Below, in pieces: positions 9,201 to 16,866 of a DNA stretch of 24,662 nt. The notes beneath the pieces are model-generated. The model made no database searches and had not been told where the DNA came from. It worked only from the letters and a program-made list of their open reading frames with translations. The position numbers and the translations under genes were made by a program. Position 1 is the first letter of the stretch; every line of letters starts with the position of its first letter. This DNA comes from a virus (Duplodnaviria; Caudoviricetes): IMG/VR virus record IMGVR_UViG_3300009773_000010; one strand, 5' to 3'.

Positions 9201-9479
9201 GTCCGCGGCCATGCCAGTGACGGCCTGGATCTTGCTCATGGCCTCGTCGAAGTCCTTGTAGGCAAGGAGGGACGCGGCGCCGACCGCCGCCAGCGGAAGC
9301 GTCACGCCGGCGGTCATGGACCGGCCGACGTTGCTCATGGTGCTGCCTATGGCCTTGAAGGAGGAGGATAGCCGGGTGGCTAGGTTATCGGCTTCCTTCT
9401 GGACGGTCGCCATGCCCCGCGTGAAGTCGGCGGTGTTCGCCGTCACGTTGACGTTTATGTCACCCAGATTTCCTGCCAT
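6291..9479 (-). CDS. Tail tape measure protein (TP901-type core)
   Basis: 1062 aa, Ala/Gly-rich. TP901-like core (FDEAMSKIQAVTG, AGAALRMGL), Trp-periodic repeats, and C-terminal YAKGG..GIFGEAGPEWIVP motif. Confidence 0.96.
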   Translation of the reverse strand: MAGNLGDINVNVTANTADFTRGMATVQKEADNLATRLSSSFKAIGSTMSNVGRSMTAGVTLPLAAVGAASLLAYKDFDEAMSKIQAVTGMAADQISDLGDAARQMSRDSTFSSTEVADAMYWLADSTSTAAEIQEYLAGAMDYSTAAGTDLADTAQDLQTTMKAFNIDASRSGEVADNLTAAFQNSMWTAEEFNTAITYVSSSARLSGMSIGETAAALDVMSRAGYDASTAGAALRMGLTKLQTPSDALTKTMAKYGLTMDDVNPKVAGLEGALRNLRNANIDAGDAAKIFSVEAMGPMMSLISSSDGDFATLIQNMKDSGGAAAEAADIMANSAAGKMKIMQDKLQDIAITLGEKLFPIFEDLVNNYLMPALDWFSNLSEGTQGWIVKIGLLAAAIGPLLMMLGPMVSGLGSVMGIVGGLGGGGSILGGLSGLLGGGGAAAGGAAAGGIGLAGAAAVAAPVAAIGGIAAWAAIRDFDVDAMGQDIKGVTDFLGGIGQKIGDAINSVDWTELTNKILAFGPKVVDAIAKWLGGIDWGQLAKDLGSFADGIVSGIANWFNSIDWLGGMSDSLGSTSDLINGVINWFKNIDWGGMFSNLGAEAGKLVNGFVKWVSEIDWGQVGKEFGTGLRKLIEDLVNWVMSIDWWGVIQGIGNGIIGAIQGVVSFLATIDWWGLVVAIGNTVLGILEGIGGFIIGLFNLDGMYNTLAGGVTSLVDTAVSWITGFVNGLAGGISSLLGGAASWVLNFITGLGNGALQLITSAAIWVLNFVTGIGGGIGQLIGQAAQWVSNFVSGIAGGIIQLVSQAAAWVLNFITGIAGGVSQLISGALAWVTNFVTGIAGGVGKLISGAAEWVTNFINGIAGGVSKLVSGAADWVTNFVDGIAGGVDDLVSGAAEWISNFVNGITGGLGEIWDIGAKIIDQVVSGITGGIGKVGDAIGKAVGDLVPDGEWIPGFKLYAKGGYADKPTLGIFGEAGPEWIVPDGIMQSILDLRSQIISSAPMASIMSNLGQSMGLSATVPVGINPAGLSKTVYVGQIVMQMGTPNNVRSFMKDFRSELKLMGI
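6740..7370 (-). repeat. About 9-10 tandem 22-aa (66-bp) repeats in the tape measure protein
   Basis: Units such as GGVSKLVSGAADWVTNFVDGIA and GGVGKLISGAAEWVTNFINGIA. Boundaries are approximate. Confidence 0.85.
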
Positions 9480-9768
9480 GTCTCTTCCTCTTCAGCTCCT
9501 CGTAGTCCCTCTTGGCATCCTTGGCCGTTCTCTTCCTGCCCTCCAACTGAGCGATGGTCGGAAGGCGGTCCATGCGTTGGAACACGGCCGTAAGGTAGGC
9601 CGCGTTCCTGATCTCCTCGTCCCGGCCGGCGATTCGTAGCATGATCTCCGCCGGGGTCTGGTCCATAAGGGCCGCAGCGTTGACGTTGAGGCGTTTTATC
9701 CCTGTCTTGGCGAATCGCCACCAGGAAGGGCCTGAGCTAAGTGGGTCGTCATCTTCTGGCCCAAAGGG
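9460..9768 (-). CDS. Tail assembly chaperone C-terminal extension (gpT-like), reached by -1 frameshift
   Basis: The -1 frame opens exactly at the slippery site and reads PFGPEDDDPLSSGPSWWRFAKTGIKRLNVNAAALMDQTPAEI..., in frame with track ORF 9460-9666. The predicted fusion is about 231 aa. Confidence 0.8.
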   Translation of the reverse strand, partial: PFGPEDDDPLSSGPSWWRFAKTGIKRLNVNAAALMDQTPAEIMLRIAGRDEEIRNAAYLTAVFQRMDRLPTIAQLEGRKRTAKDAKRDYEELKRKRHGRKSG

Positions 9769-10154
9769 TCAGATGCCCCCTTCTTCTCATCCCGCTTGAT
9801 GTGCGGCATGGCGATGAAGAAGGAGTCGAGCATAGCCCGGGAGAACTCTTCCATGGGGGCCATGGTCATCAGTATCCCCACCTCGTCCAGGGTAAGGGTC
9901 GGGTCCTCCCATACGAGGCAAGCCCATACCGCAGCGCACAGCGCATTGGTGTCGATCTTGATGGGCGGCTGCTGCTCCGGCGGCAGAACCTCGCCCTTCT
10001 CGTCCTTGGCGTGCTGCGGGAAGACCTCCATGAGGTCCTTCCCGGTCTCGGCCTGGAAGCGCCGCATGGCGTTCAGGTCCATCCTGAAATGCCGCTCGAT
10101 GTCCAGCACCATCGGTACGCTGGGCAATTGCATGTTCCTAAGGTGCAGTGCCAT
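9696..10154 (-). CDS. Tail assembly chaperone (gpG-like)
   Basis: 152 aa between the tube and tape measure genes. Motifs DLNAMRRFQAETGKDL and WACLVWEDPTLTLDEVG. Confidence 0.85.
   Translation of the reverse strand: MALHLRNMQLPSVPMVLDIERHFRMDLNAMRRFQAETGKDLMEVFPQHAKDEKGEVLPPEQQPPIKIDTNALCAAVWACLVWEDPTLTLDEVGILMTMAPMEEFSRAMLDSFFIAMPHIKRDEKKGASDPLGQKMTTHLAQALPGGDSPRQG
9762..9768 (-). other. Programmed -1 ribosomal frameshift heptamer C CCT TTG
   Basis: X XXY YYZ pattern in the correct phase of the chaperone ORF. A TGA immediately precedes it in the -1 frame. Confidence 0.78.
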
Positions 10155-10163
10155 TCTACCACC

Positions 10164-10496
10164 CTAAGGAACTTCGATGGCCGCCACGGTAACGGTGGCA
10201 ACGGCCGAGCATACGAAGGAAACGTAGCCCTGCGCGTCATCGAAGCGGTTCTTGTTGAACGGCCCTATCTTCTTGGTATCCCCGGCCCCCACGGCAACGA
10301 CGAGGTCGTGATCGACGCCGAGATCGCAAGGGGTCTTGGCATCCACGGTGACGGTGATCTCGGCCGCGCTGCCGTTGGCCACCTCGATGAAGGTCCGGCC
10401 GGAGTTGTAGAACTTGTCACCGGTAGAGGCGGTCGGAGCGACCATGCTCGGTTCGATTCCAGTGGGCACGATCTTCTGAACGGTCAATGTGGCCAT
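10164..10496 (-). CDS. Small beta-rich virion accessory protein (110 aa), possibly tail-tube decoration
   Basis: Strong GAGGTGA RBS. Directly follows the tail tube gene. Rich in Val/Thr/Ala beta-strand patterns. Confidence 0.7.
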   Translation of the reverse strand: MATLTVQKIVPTGIEPSMVAPTASTGDKFYNSGRTFIEVANGSAAEITVTVDAKTPCDLGVDHDLVVAVGAGDTKKIGPFNKNRFDDAQGYVSFVCSAVATVTVAAIEVP

Positions 10497-10505
10497 TCAT
10501 TCACC

Positions 10506-10916
10506 TCAGGGGGTGGTATCGAGGACGCCGGTTCCCTGGAACTCGATCTTGTAGGTAGCCTCGTCGTCGTATGGCCCCTCCAGGTCCCTCGATTTCAGCA
10601 GGGCGGTTCCCAGGAGTGTCGCGGTCCCCTCGACGTATATCTCAAGCTGCACGTTGGTCTTGTTTCGGAGCGCGCTCTGAAGGGCGAGGTATCCCGCGTC
10701 GTCGTCGATCCATACACCATCGGCGCTGACGGACCAGGAGCCGAATCCATACTTGAACTCCTTCATCTTCCCGGTGGAGAGCTTCGAGGTGTTCTCTATC
10801 ATCTCGTTCTCCTCCGACAGGGTCGCACCCCTCTGGCCGCCAACATCGGTCCAGGTCGGGGATTGAACCGTCCCGGTGTTGGCCTTGATAATTATGTCGC
10901 ATCCAGATACTGACAT
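10506..10916 (-). CDS. Major tail tube protein (TP901-1-like)
   Basis: 136 aa. VGGQRGATLS..IENTSK..WSVSADG..YDDEATYKIEFQGTG is typical of this tube family. Confidence 0.92.
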   Translation of the reverse strand: MSVSGCDIIIKANTGTVQSPTWTDVGGQRGATLSEENEMIENTSKLSTGKMKEFKYGFGSWSVSADGVWIDDDAGYLALQSALRNKTNVQLEIYVEGTATLLGTALLKSRDLEGPYDDEATYKIEFQGTGVLDTTP

Positions 10917-10953
10917 GTCATTTCCTCGCGGCCTAAGGCCGCCTGAACATCAG

Positions 10954-11002
10954 CTGCGCCGGTTATTGGACTTTCTACTTTGAGGTCATTTACTACCTGA
11001 AT
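10954..11002 (-). promoter_or_regulatory. Conserved 49-bp late promoter/operator, copy 1 (upstream of the tail tube gene)
   Basis: 43/49 identical to 20692-20740, with a perfect 25-bp core GGTTATTGGACTTTCTACTTTGAGG (10961-10985). Intergenic and AT-rich relative to the coding sequence. Confidence 0.8.
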
Positions 11003-11005
11003 GTA

Positions 11006-11791
11006 TCAGGCTGACGACTCTAGTCGGACGCGACCGGTAGGATGCACCATGGCCGAGAAGCGGAGGATCGATGCAAAGGAGGATCGATGCTGGGATACGA
11101 AGGCATCGAAATTGATGGATAGCCCTATCTCCGAGGGGAACCGGACCTCGCAGGGCCTGATCACGCCGGACGTCGCCTCGGCGAAGAAGGAAAGGGATCC
11201 TCCTTCCTTACGGAGGGTGCCGACGATCTCCATGGGCTCGAAGCCCGGCTTCCCCGGCTTGTACTCCTTGAACGGGGAGGCCCGATACGATACGTCCCTC
11301 GCGTCCACGTAGGCGATGAGGTCCCCAAGGCTGAGGATCTCCGCTACCTCGGCCCCGTTCCAGTAGAACTTCGTCCCGGCGGCCAGTGTGCCCATGGCAT
11401 CGAAGGATAGCAGGACGAGGAAGTTCTGCCCTATGATGAAGGCCCCGCTTTCGTCGGTACCTAGCGGCATAGGCTCCTGCATCGCCTTCACGCCGAGGTA
11501 CTTCACGCCGGATATCGTGACATTCTCCATGGTCGTCAGGGCCGCCCTTGCCGCGTCCAGCCTAGCCCTGGCGGCATCGCTGTCGGTATCCCGCACCTGG
11601 ACCTGGAGGCCGGGGTGCAGGATCCATTTTCCGTCGAAAGTTACCTCCGGTACCTCGCCGGCATCGCCGAACAGGGCCATGCATACGACCGGATCATCTG
11701 GCATAAGGTCGCGGAATACGTTATCAACGGTCCCTGCTCCCTGCTCTATGATGTAGGATTGAATCTTCTCTATCCAATTGGTCAAATGCAC
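11006..11791 (-). CDS. Tail terminator-like protein fused to a tail-tube-like domain
   Basis: aa 1-130 resemble a terminator (PGLQVQVRD, PMPLGTDE..GQNF). From M133 the sequence resembles a tube domain (GTKFYWNGAEVAEILSLG..FKEYKPG..FDAFVS). Confidence 0.7.
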   Translation of the reverse strand: MHLTNWIEKIQSYIIEQGAGTVDNVFRDLMPDDPVVCMALFGDAGEVPEVTFDGKWILHPGLQVQVRDTDSDAARARLDAARAALTTMENVTISGVKYLGVKAMQEPMPLGTDESGAFIIGQNFLVLLSFDAMGTLAAGTKFYWNGAEVAEILSLGDLIAYVDARDVSYRASPFKEYKPGKPGFEPMEIVGTLRKEGGSLSFFAEATSGVIRPCEVRFPSEIGLSINFDAFVSQHRSSFASILRFSAMVHPTGRVRLESSA

Positions 11792-12162
11792 ACTCTCCTG
11801 ATGATGTCCCTGATCTCCCCCTGAACGGTAGGAACCAGGTTCGGCTTATCGCGCAGGAAGGGATCGATCAGGAACTTGGCCTTCCCATGCTCGTGCCGGT
11901 ACGATTGCTCCTCATGCTGCCTCCGCGCATAGACGATGTTGTACCCCGACTTCACCGATACGGTGGTCCGGGTGCGCGTGGGCTGGTTCACCTGCCCGGT
12001 GCGGATCATGGCCCTGGTCTGATACGGGGATTCGTCGTGGCTATGCCCCATCATAATGTTGGACCATTTGTACAGGCCCTCCCCGGTGGCCGGCATGATG
12101 TCTCCGTCCAGCGCGGCCGCCCTGGCCTTCACCTTTTCCACGCCGGTCACGGTCGCGGTCAT
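11782..12162 (-). CDS. Neck / tail-completion protein (HK97 gp10-like)
   Basis: SPYQTRAMIRTG..GYNIVYARRQHEE..GKAKFL motif and position in the neck module. Confidence 0.8.
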   Translation of the reverse strand: MTATVTGVEKVKARAAALDGDIMPATGEGLYKWSNIMMGHSHDESPYQTRAMIRTGQVNQPTRTRTTVSVKSGYNIVYARRQHEEQSYRHEHGKAKFLIDPFLRDKPNLVPTVQGEIRDIIRRVCI

Positions 12163-12482
12163 ACGTCCACCCGCCAGTACGCTAACTGCCCATCCAAATC
12201 GTACTGCGGGGCCACCAGGAGGATGATGGGCACGCTCCCGTCGGGGAGGATGATCTGGTCGCCGATCTCCACGGATGCGGTCCTATCCACGAATATGCGG
12301 GCATTGCTCACCTTCTCGAAGCGGTTCGTGAGGCCGTCCCCGGAGCTCGTCCGGACGAGGCGGGGCTTATGCTCCACCCTGGCCCGATACTCCTTCGGAG
12401 TGCCGTAGGTATAGTGGCCCTTGCCATCGTTCCCGGTCCGCTTGGCCACGGTGATCGTCTGATTGAGGAGGTCCTCTATCAT
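12159..12482 (-). CDS. Head closure protein (SPP1 gp16-like)
   Basis: 107 aa, beta-rich. LNQTITV..DGKGHYTYG..ARVE..GDQIILPDG. Follows the adaptor gene. Confidence 0.78.
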   Translation of the reverse strand: MIEDLLNQTITVAKRTGNDGKGHYTYGTPKEYRARVEHKPRLVRTSSGDGLTNRFEKVSNARIFVDRTASVEIGDQIILPDGSVPIILLVAPQYDLDGQLAYWRVDV

Positions 12483-13249
12483 GCATCCTCGCTGTAATTC
12501 GGGATCGTGCTGCCGTCCAATGCCAGCTCCGGCATGTCAGCGTCGCTCCTGGCCCGCATCGGCCCATCCTCGAAGGAATCCTGGTCCAGCAGCCGGGCCA
12601 GTTCTCGCTCGTATTCCTGCATGAAGGAGCTCGTCCCGCTAGGCTTGGCGTACTGGTAGTCGCCCAGCTTCTCGGTCTGCATGACGGTCCCGCCTCGCGC
12701 CACCTCGTACAGATGGAGGATGGCCAGCAGGTGCATGTGGTCGTAGGTGTCGGCCGGCACATCGTCCGGCAGATCATTATCGAGGTACACGGTCTTGGCC
12801 CTCGCGGCCAGGAGGTCGAACTGCGCCGAGGTGAACTTGGAGCCGGGCTCGTCGCTCACGGCATACTTGGAGCATAGAGCTACTTGAGCCGCCAGGCCGC
12901 TAGGCTGGCTCATGGCGACGGCCTTGGCCGTCAGCGCCCCGTAGGCCACGGTGTACACTTCGTCGGCCAGCGTGGTCATCACGACCTCCCATCGATACTC
13001 GCCGTTCAGGGCGGCGGTATCGGCCGGCGTCAGCACGATGCGGGTCGTTCCGGCGATAGGGCTCAGTATGGCTATGCCCTGGTTGATGGTCTTCTGTAGC
13101 TTCAGAACGCCGTACTTGTACACGTTGAAGGCCAGCATGTCGCCCGTCAGCCCGGTGAGATCGATGGCGTTCCCGTCATCGTCCTTTATAGGCATTTCAA
13201 TCGGTAGGGTATCCCCGGCCTTCACGCTCAGCGGTTGAGATTCTTCCAT
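12479..13249 (-). CDS. BppU-N-like Ig domain fused to a head-tail adaptor (gp15/DUF4054-like)
   Basis: aa 1-107: GDTLPIEMPIKDDDGNAIDLTG..LTPADT..GEYRWEV. C-terminal half: LLAILHL..TEKLGDYQY..SSFMQEY. Occupies the adaptor position. Confidence 0.7.
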   Translation of the reverse strand: MEESQPLSVKAGDTLPIEMPIKDDDGNAIDLTGLTGDMLAFNVYKYGVLKLQKTINQGIAILSPIAGTTRIVLTPADTAALNGEYRWEVVMTTLADEVYTVAYGALTAKAVAMSQPSGLAAQVALCSKYAVSDEPGSKFTSAQFDLLAARAKTVYLDNDLPDDVPADTYDHMHLLAILHLYEVARGGTVMQTEKLGDYQYAKPSGTSSFMQEYERELARLLDQDSFEDGPMRARSDADMPELALDGSTIPNYSEDA

Positions 13250-16200
13250 TCACATCCTCCTTCCTTTTCGTTCCCTCGATCTCCGCGTCATCCTCGATTC
13301 CGGTCAAATCCTCTCCGAATATCTGGCTCCGCATGGCGACGACGCGCGAGAAAATGCATACGGCCGTCTTGAGGGCAGTGGCCTCATCGGTGGCGATGCC
13401 TTCCGATTCGTATATGGATTTTGTCAGGGCCAGGGCATCGTCGAAGGATATGGCTTCACTGATCAGCATCGACTTCAGCAGCAGGCCGCTCTCCGTTAGC
13501 TCCAAAGCCTCACTGATCAGTAGCGCCTTGACCATCTTGGAGGCATCCGATAACTCGACAGTATCCCCGGCCAGGATGCCGTAGGTGGTGGCATCGCTGA
13601 CCCCTACGGAGTCGGGGGCGGTCAGGCCGAGGGCAATCGCGTCCAGCAGTCCGGCGTAGTCCTGCGTCCGTATGGCCCGGCCAATGACATCCTCGATCCC
13701 TATGGAATCGAGCAGCCGGAGGCCGATGTTCACTGAATCGTCATGGATGCCTATGGCGTCGAGGATGATGAGCTCCACCATCTCCCCGGCCCGTTCCACG
13801 ATGGTGGCGATGTCCTCGGCGGTTATACCGTCCGATGCCAGTAAAGATCTGATGAACACAGCCGCCTCCACCGCGGTAATGGCATCGGAGGCCACCATGG
13901 ATTCGAGCAGGGATACTGCATCCCCTACGGAGATGTCCTCGCCCTCGAAGATCTCCTTGAACAGCAGGGCCGCATCATCGGTGGTGATAGATTCCGAGGC
14001 CACTAGCGCCTTGAATATCGCCTCGGCATCTTCTACCTCTAGGGATTCGGTTGCGAAAAGGGCCTTCGCCAGCGAAACGGCATCAGAACCAGAGAGGGAA
14101 TCGTCCTCGATGATGCTCTTGACGATCGTGCAGGCATCGACTCCCGTTACTGTGTCGGCATCTTCGAGGGATTTTACGAGAGATATCGCTTCCCCGGCCG
14201 CTAGGGCATCTTCTGAGATCAACAGGGCCGTCAGCGCAGCAGTATCGGCCGTCCCTATCGTATCGGTGACGAGGAACAGGAGCCCGATAGCTAGCGATAC
14301 CGCGTCCTCCGCGGCGATCACATCGGCGCTCCGGAGCGAGGCGATGAGCCTCACTGATTCGGATACGCCGAGGGTATCGGCCTCGATGATGGCCTTGGCT
14401 ACCGCTACCGCGTCGCCGGCTGTGAGGACCTCGGCCGCGACGAGGGATTGAATGAGCTTGACGGCATCGGCGAGGCCTACGGCTTCCGATTCGACTATCC
14501 CCTTGACCAATGCCATCATGTCCGAGGCCGTCAGTGATTCGGCCAGCAGGACCGCCTTGCCTAATGGGGAGGCATCCACGGCCCCGATGGCCTCGGCGAG
14601 CTCCATGGTCTTGCCCAGCGCCTCGGCATCGGCCCCGGATATGCCCTCCGGCGTCCGGTAGCCCATGCCTACGCCCTCGGCGGCCGCTATGGCCTCGGCG
14701 GCCAGCAGCGCCTTGATGAGCTTCTGCGCATCGGCGAGGCCTATGGAATCCACCAGGGCGATGCCTAGCGCCGCCGGCCCCTCGGCAGCCGCCAATGAAT
14801 CGGTATCGAGGAGGGATTTGAGCATGGCGACGGCATCGGCGAGGCCGAGGGATTCCGCTATCGTGATCAGGGCGGTGATGCTCGTAGCCTCGGTCAATCC
14901 GATGCTCTCGGCTGCCTTCATCAATTTGGCGGCGATGAGCGCGGCATCGGCCGCCGTGATGTCATCCGCGTCCATGATGGATTTTATGAGCCATGGCGCG
15001 TCGGAATTGGTCACAACATCAGGGGTTCTTATGCCTAAAATGGCCCCGTTCTCGGCCATGGCGGCGCTATCTGCGATAAGCAGGGTCTTCGCTAGGGCCT
15101 CGGCCTCACCGGCCCCTATTTCATCCGCGTCGACCAGGGCCTTGATGAACATAACGGCCTCGGCGGTGACGATGCTCTCCCCCTCCACGATGGCCTTTAT
15201 CAGCAGGGCCACGTCCGCGGCCGATACATTCTCGGCCGTGAGCAGGGATTTGATGAGCGAGGGGGCATCCACCAGGCCCACGGCGTCCGGGGCGAGATAG
15301 GCTAGGATGCTCGGCCCCTCGGTCGCGGCGATGGCATCCACATCGAGGATTGATTTCAATAGCGAGGCCGCATCGGCCCCGGTGATCGTTTCGGCCAGCA
15401 GCAGGGCCTCTACTAGCTTCTCGGTATCGGCGGCCGATATGGCCTCGGCCAGGACGATGAGCTTGGCCGCGAACTTCGGAACATCGTCGGCCGCGATGCC
15501 CTCGGCGGCAATGATGGCCTCCACGATGCGGTGCACCTCCGCGCTGGATATAGTATCCGTTTGCAGGAGCAATTTAGCGGCGATCTTGTGGATCTCCGCG
15601 TAAGCTACCGCATCCCCCTCGAGGATGGATTTGGATAAGGGCGAGGCCTCGGTCGCGGAGATGGCCTCCGCGAAGTACGCTATCTTGGATAGCGGGCTGG
15701 CTTCCGAGGCCGCTATGGCCTCGGCATTGAGGAGGGCCTTGGGGGCAAAATATGGCGAATCAGCCGCCCCCACGGCATCAGGATCGAGCATGGTCTTGGT
15801 CAGCACCGGGGAATCCGTGCCGGCGATGCTCTCGGTGGCCGTCTTGTCATACTCATTGATGGTGCCCGGTATGTAGTATCCATCAATCCCGCATATCTCG
15901 TACGTCGCGTTGCTGGAATAGAACTGGATGATTCCACTGGCATCGGTCTTGGTGGGGCAGGTGAATCCGCAGTAGCCATTGTCCTCTGCCTCCATGGCCG
16001 GTAGGTACCGCGCCGCTGAGGAGCCCTTCATCCGCACGCCCACGTTCACCTCGCCCGAAACGAGGTTATGATTGCAGACGCAATCCACGACCTGGCCATC
16101 CGAGCCGATGTACGAGGTGCAATCCATGTCTGTCCAGGTATTGGCGCTGGTGATCGACGCGGCGCAGTTGCCCCGGTACCTATCGACGTAGCCCATGTTG

Positions 16201-16862
16201 GCATCGAATACGCCGGTGATGTACACATCGACGTAGGTGGTCGATTCGACATAGTACTCGATCTGGTTGCTGGCATCCGTCTTGGTGACCATCATCTGCC
16301 CGGTCACGCCGCCCGATTCCGCTTCGTGCAATTGCGTGGTCTTGTTATAGACCGCATCGCCGGAACGGACGCCGGCGCTCATCTTCGTAGTCGTCCGGTT
16401 ATTGCATAACGCGAAGGTGCAGACCCGGCCGGCGGCCGGGGAGTACGATGATAGGGAAACGTGATTGCTGGCATACGTCCCGCCGGACGTGGTGAGGGAT
16501 AGCTCCGCGAAATATTCCTGGTACGTCAGGCCCATCCAGTAGCCCATGATGTAGAACGCGGTATCGGTATGGTCCCCGGTATAGTACTCGATCTTCCCAT
16601 CCGCGCCCACCTGGACGTACCATCCGATGAGATTAGCGCCCCCATCCTCGGCCTCGGTCATGTTGAGGTACCGATCCAGGGAGGAGCCGCTAGTGCGGAG
16701 GCCCATGATGTTGTTGGCAGCATCCGCCAGGTTCGCGGCCACTATGTACACGATGGCCCTCGCAGGGATGCCGTTGTTGGCTAGGATGTCATACGAGGTC
16801 CAGGTGTCCGATGCGCTTATGGAGAGGGCCGTTCCCGCCACTTCCGTGAACGAGATCTGCAT
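13197..16862 (-). CDS. 1221-aa repeat fibre/ruler protein: three tandem beta domains + about 45 acidic 18-aa repeats
   Basis: Three N-terminal repeats of about 105-110 aa sharing G[LV]R..G..EAE..G..I[EQ][YF]Y..G. Residues about 340-1165 are built from K-x-h-h-x-x-[DE]-x-[IV]-x-x-x-[DE] units. Confidence 0.8.
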   Translation of the reverse strand: MQISFTEVAGTALSISASDTWTSYDILANNGIPARAIVYIVAANLADAANNIMGLRTSGSSLDRYLNMTEAEDGGANLIGWYVQVGADGKIEYYTGDHTDTAFYIMGYWMGLTYQEYFAELSLTTSGGTYASNHVSLSSYSPAAGRVCTFALCNNRTTTKMSAGVRSGDAVYNKTTQLHEAESGGVTGQMMVTKTDASNQIEYYVESTTYVDVYITGVFDANMGYVDRYRGNCAASITSANTWTDMDCTSYIGSDGQVVDCVCNHNLVSGEVNVGVRMKGSSAARYLPAMEAEDNGYCGFTCPTKTDASGIIQFYSSNATYEICGIDGYYIPGTINEYDKTATESIAGTDSPVLTKTMLDPDAVGAADSPYFAPKALLNAEAIAASEASPLSKIAYFAEAISATEASPLSKSILEGDAVAYAEIHKIAAKLLLQTDTISSAEVHRIVEAIIAAEGIAADDVPKFAAKLIVLAEAISAADTEKLVEALLLAETITGADAASLLKSILDVDAIAATEGPSILAYLAPDAVGLVDAPSLIKSLLTAENVSAADVALLIKAIVEGESIVTAEAVMFIKALVDADEIGAGEAEALAKTLLIADSAAMAENGAILGIRTPDVVTNSDAPWLIKSIMDADDITAADAALIAAKLMKAAESIGLTEATSITALITIAESLGLADAVAMLKSLLDTDSLAAAEGPAALGIALVDSIGLADAQKLIKALLAAEAIAAAEGVGMGYRTPEGISGADAEALGKTMELAEAIGAVDASPLGKAVLLAESLTASDMMALVKGIVESEAVGLADAVKLIQSLVAAEVLTAGDAVAVAKAIIEADTLGVSESVRLIASLRSADVIAAEDAVSLAIGLLFLVTDTIGTADTAALTALLISEDALAAGEAISLVKSLEDADTVTGVDACTIVKSIIEDDSLSGSDAVSLAKALFATESLEVEDAEAIFKALVASESITTDDAALLFKEIFEGEDISVGDAVSLLESMVASDAITAVEAAVFIRSLLASDGITAEDIATIVERAGEMVELIILDAIGIHDDSVNIGLRLLDSIGIEDVIGRAIRTQDYAGLLDAIALGLTAPDSVGVSDATTYGILAGDTVELSDASKMVKALLISEALELTESGLLLKSMLISEAISFDDALALTKSIYESEGIATDEATALKTAVCIFSRVVAMRSQIFGEDLTGIEDDAEIEGTKRKEDVNGRISTAEREGRGYPTD
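13370..15845 (-). repeat. Degenerate tandem repeat of about 18 aa (54 bp), roughly 45 units
   Basis: For example KALLNAEAIAASEASPLS / KIAYFAEAISATEASPLS / KSLLTAENVSAADVALLI / KAIVEGESIVTAEAVMFI. Unit length is 16-19 aa. Confidence 0.85.
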
Positions 16863-16866
16863 GGCC

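Noticed and set aside
10152-10166. Amber (pyrrolysine-type) read-through TAG GGT GGT AGA ATG fusing the 110-aa gene to the chaperone
   Set aside because: The in-frame 9-nt gap is explained by RBS spacing and recurs at other junctions with double stops. No gene in the window needs TAG recoding.
10490-10515. SPP1 gp17.1-like +1 frameshift at CCC TGA fusing the tube to the 110-aa protein
   Set aside because: The +1 and -1 frames both hit stops within a few codons. The downstream gene is in frame 0 behind two TGA stops and has its own GAGGTGA RBS.
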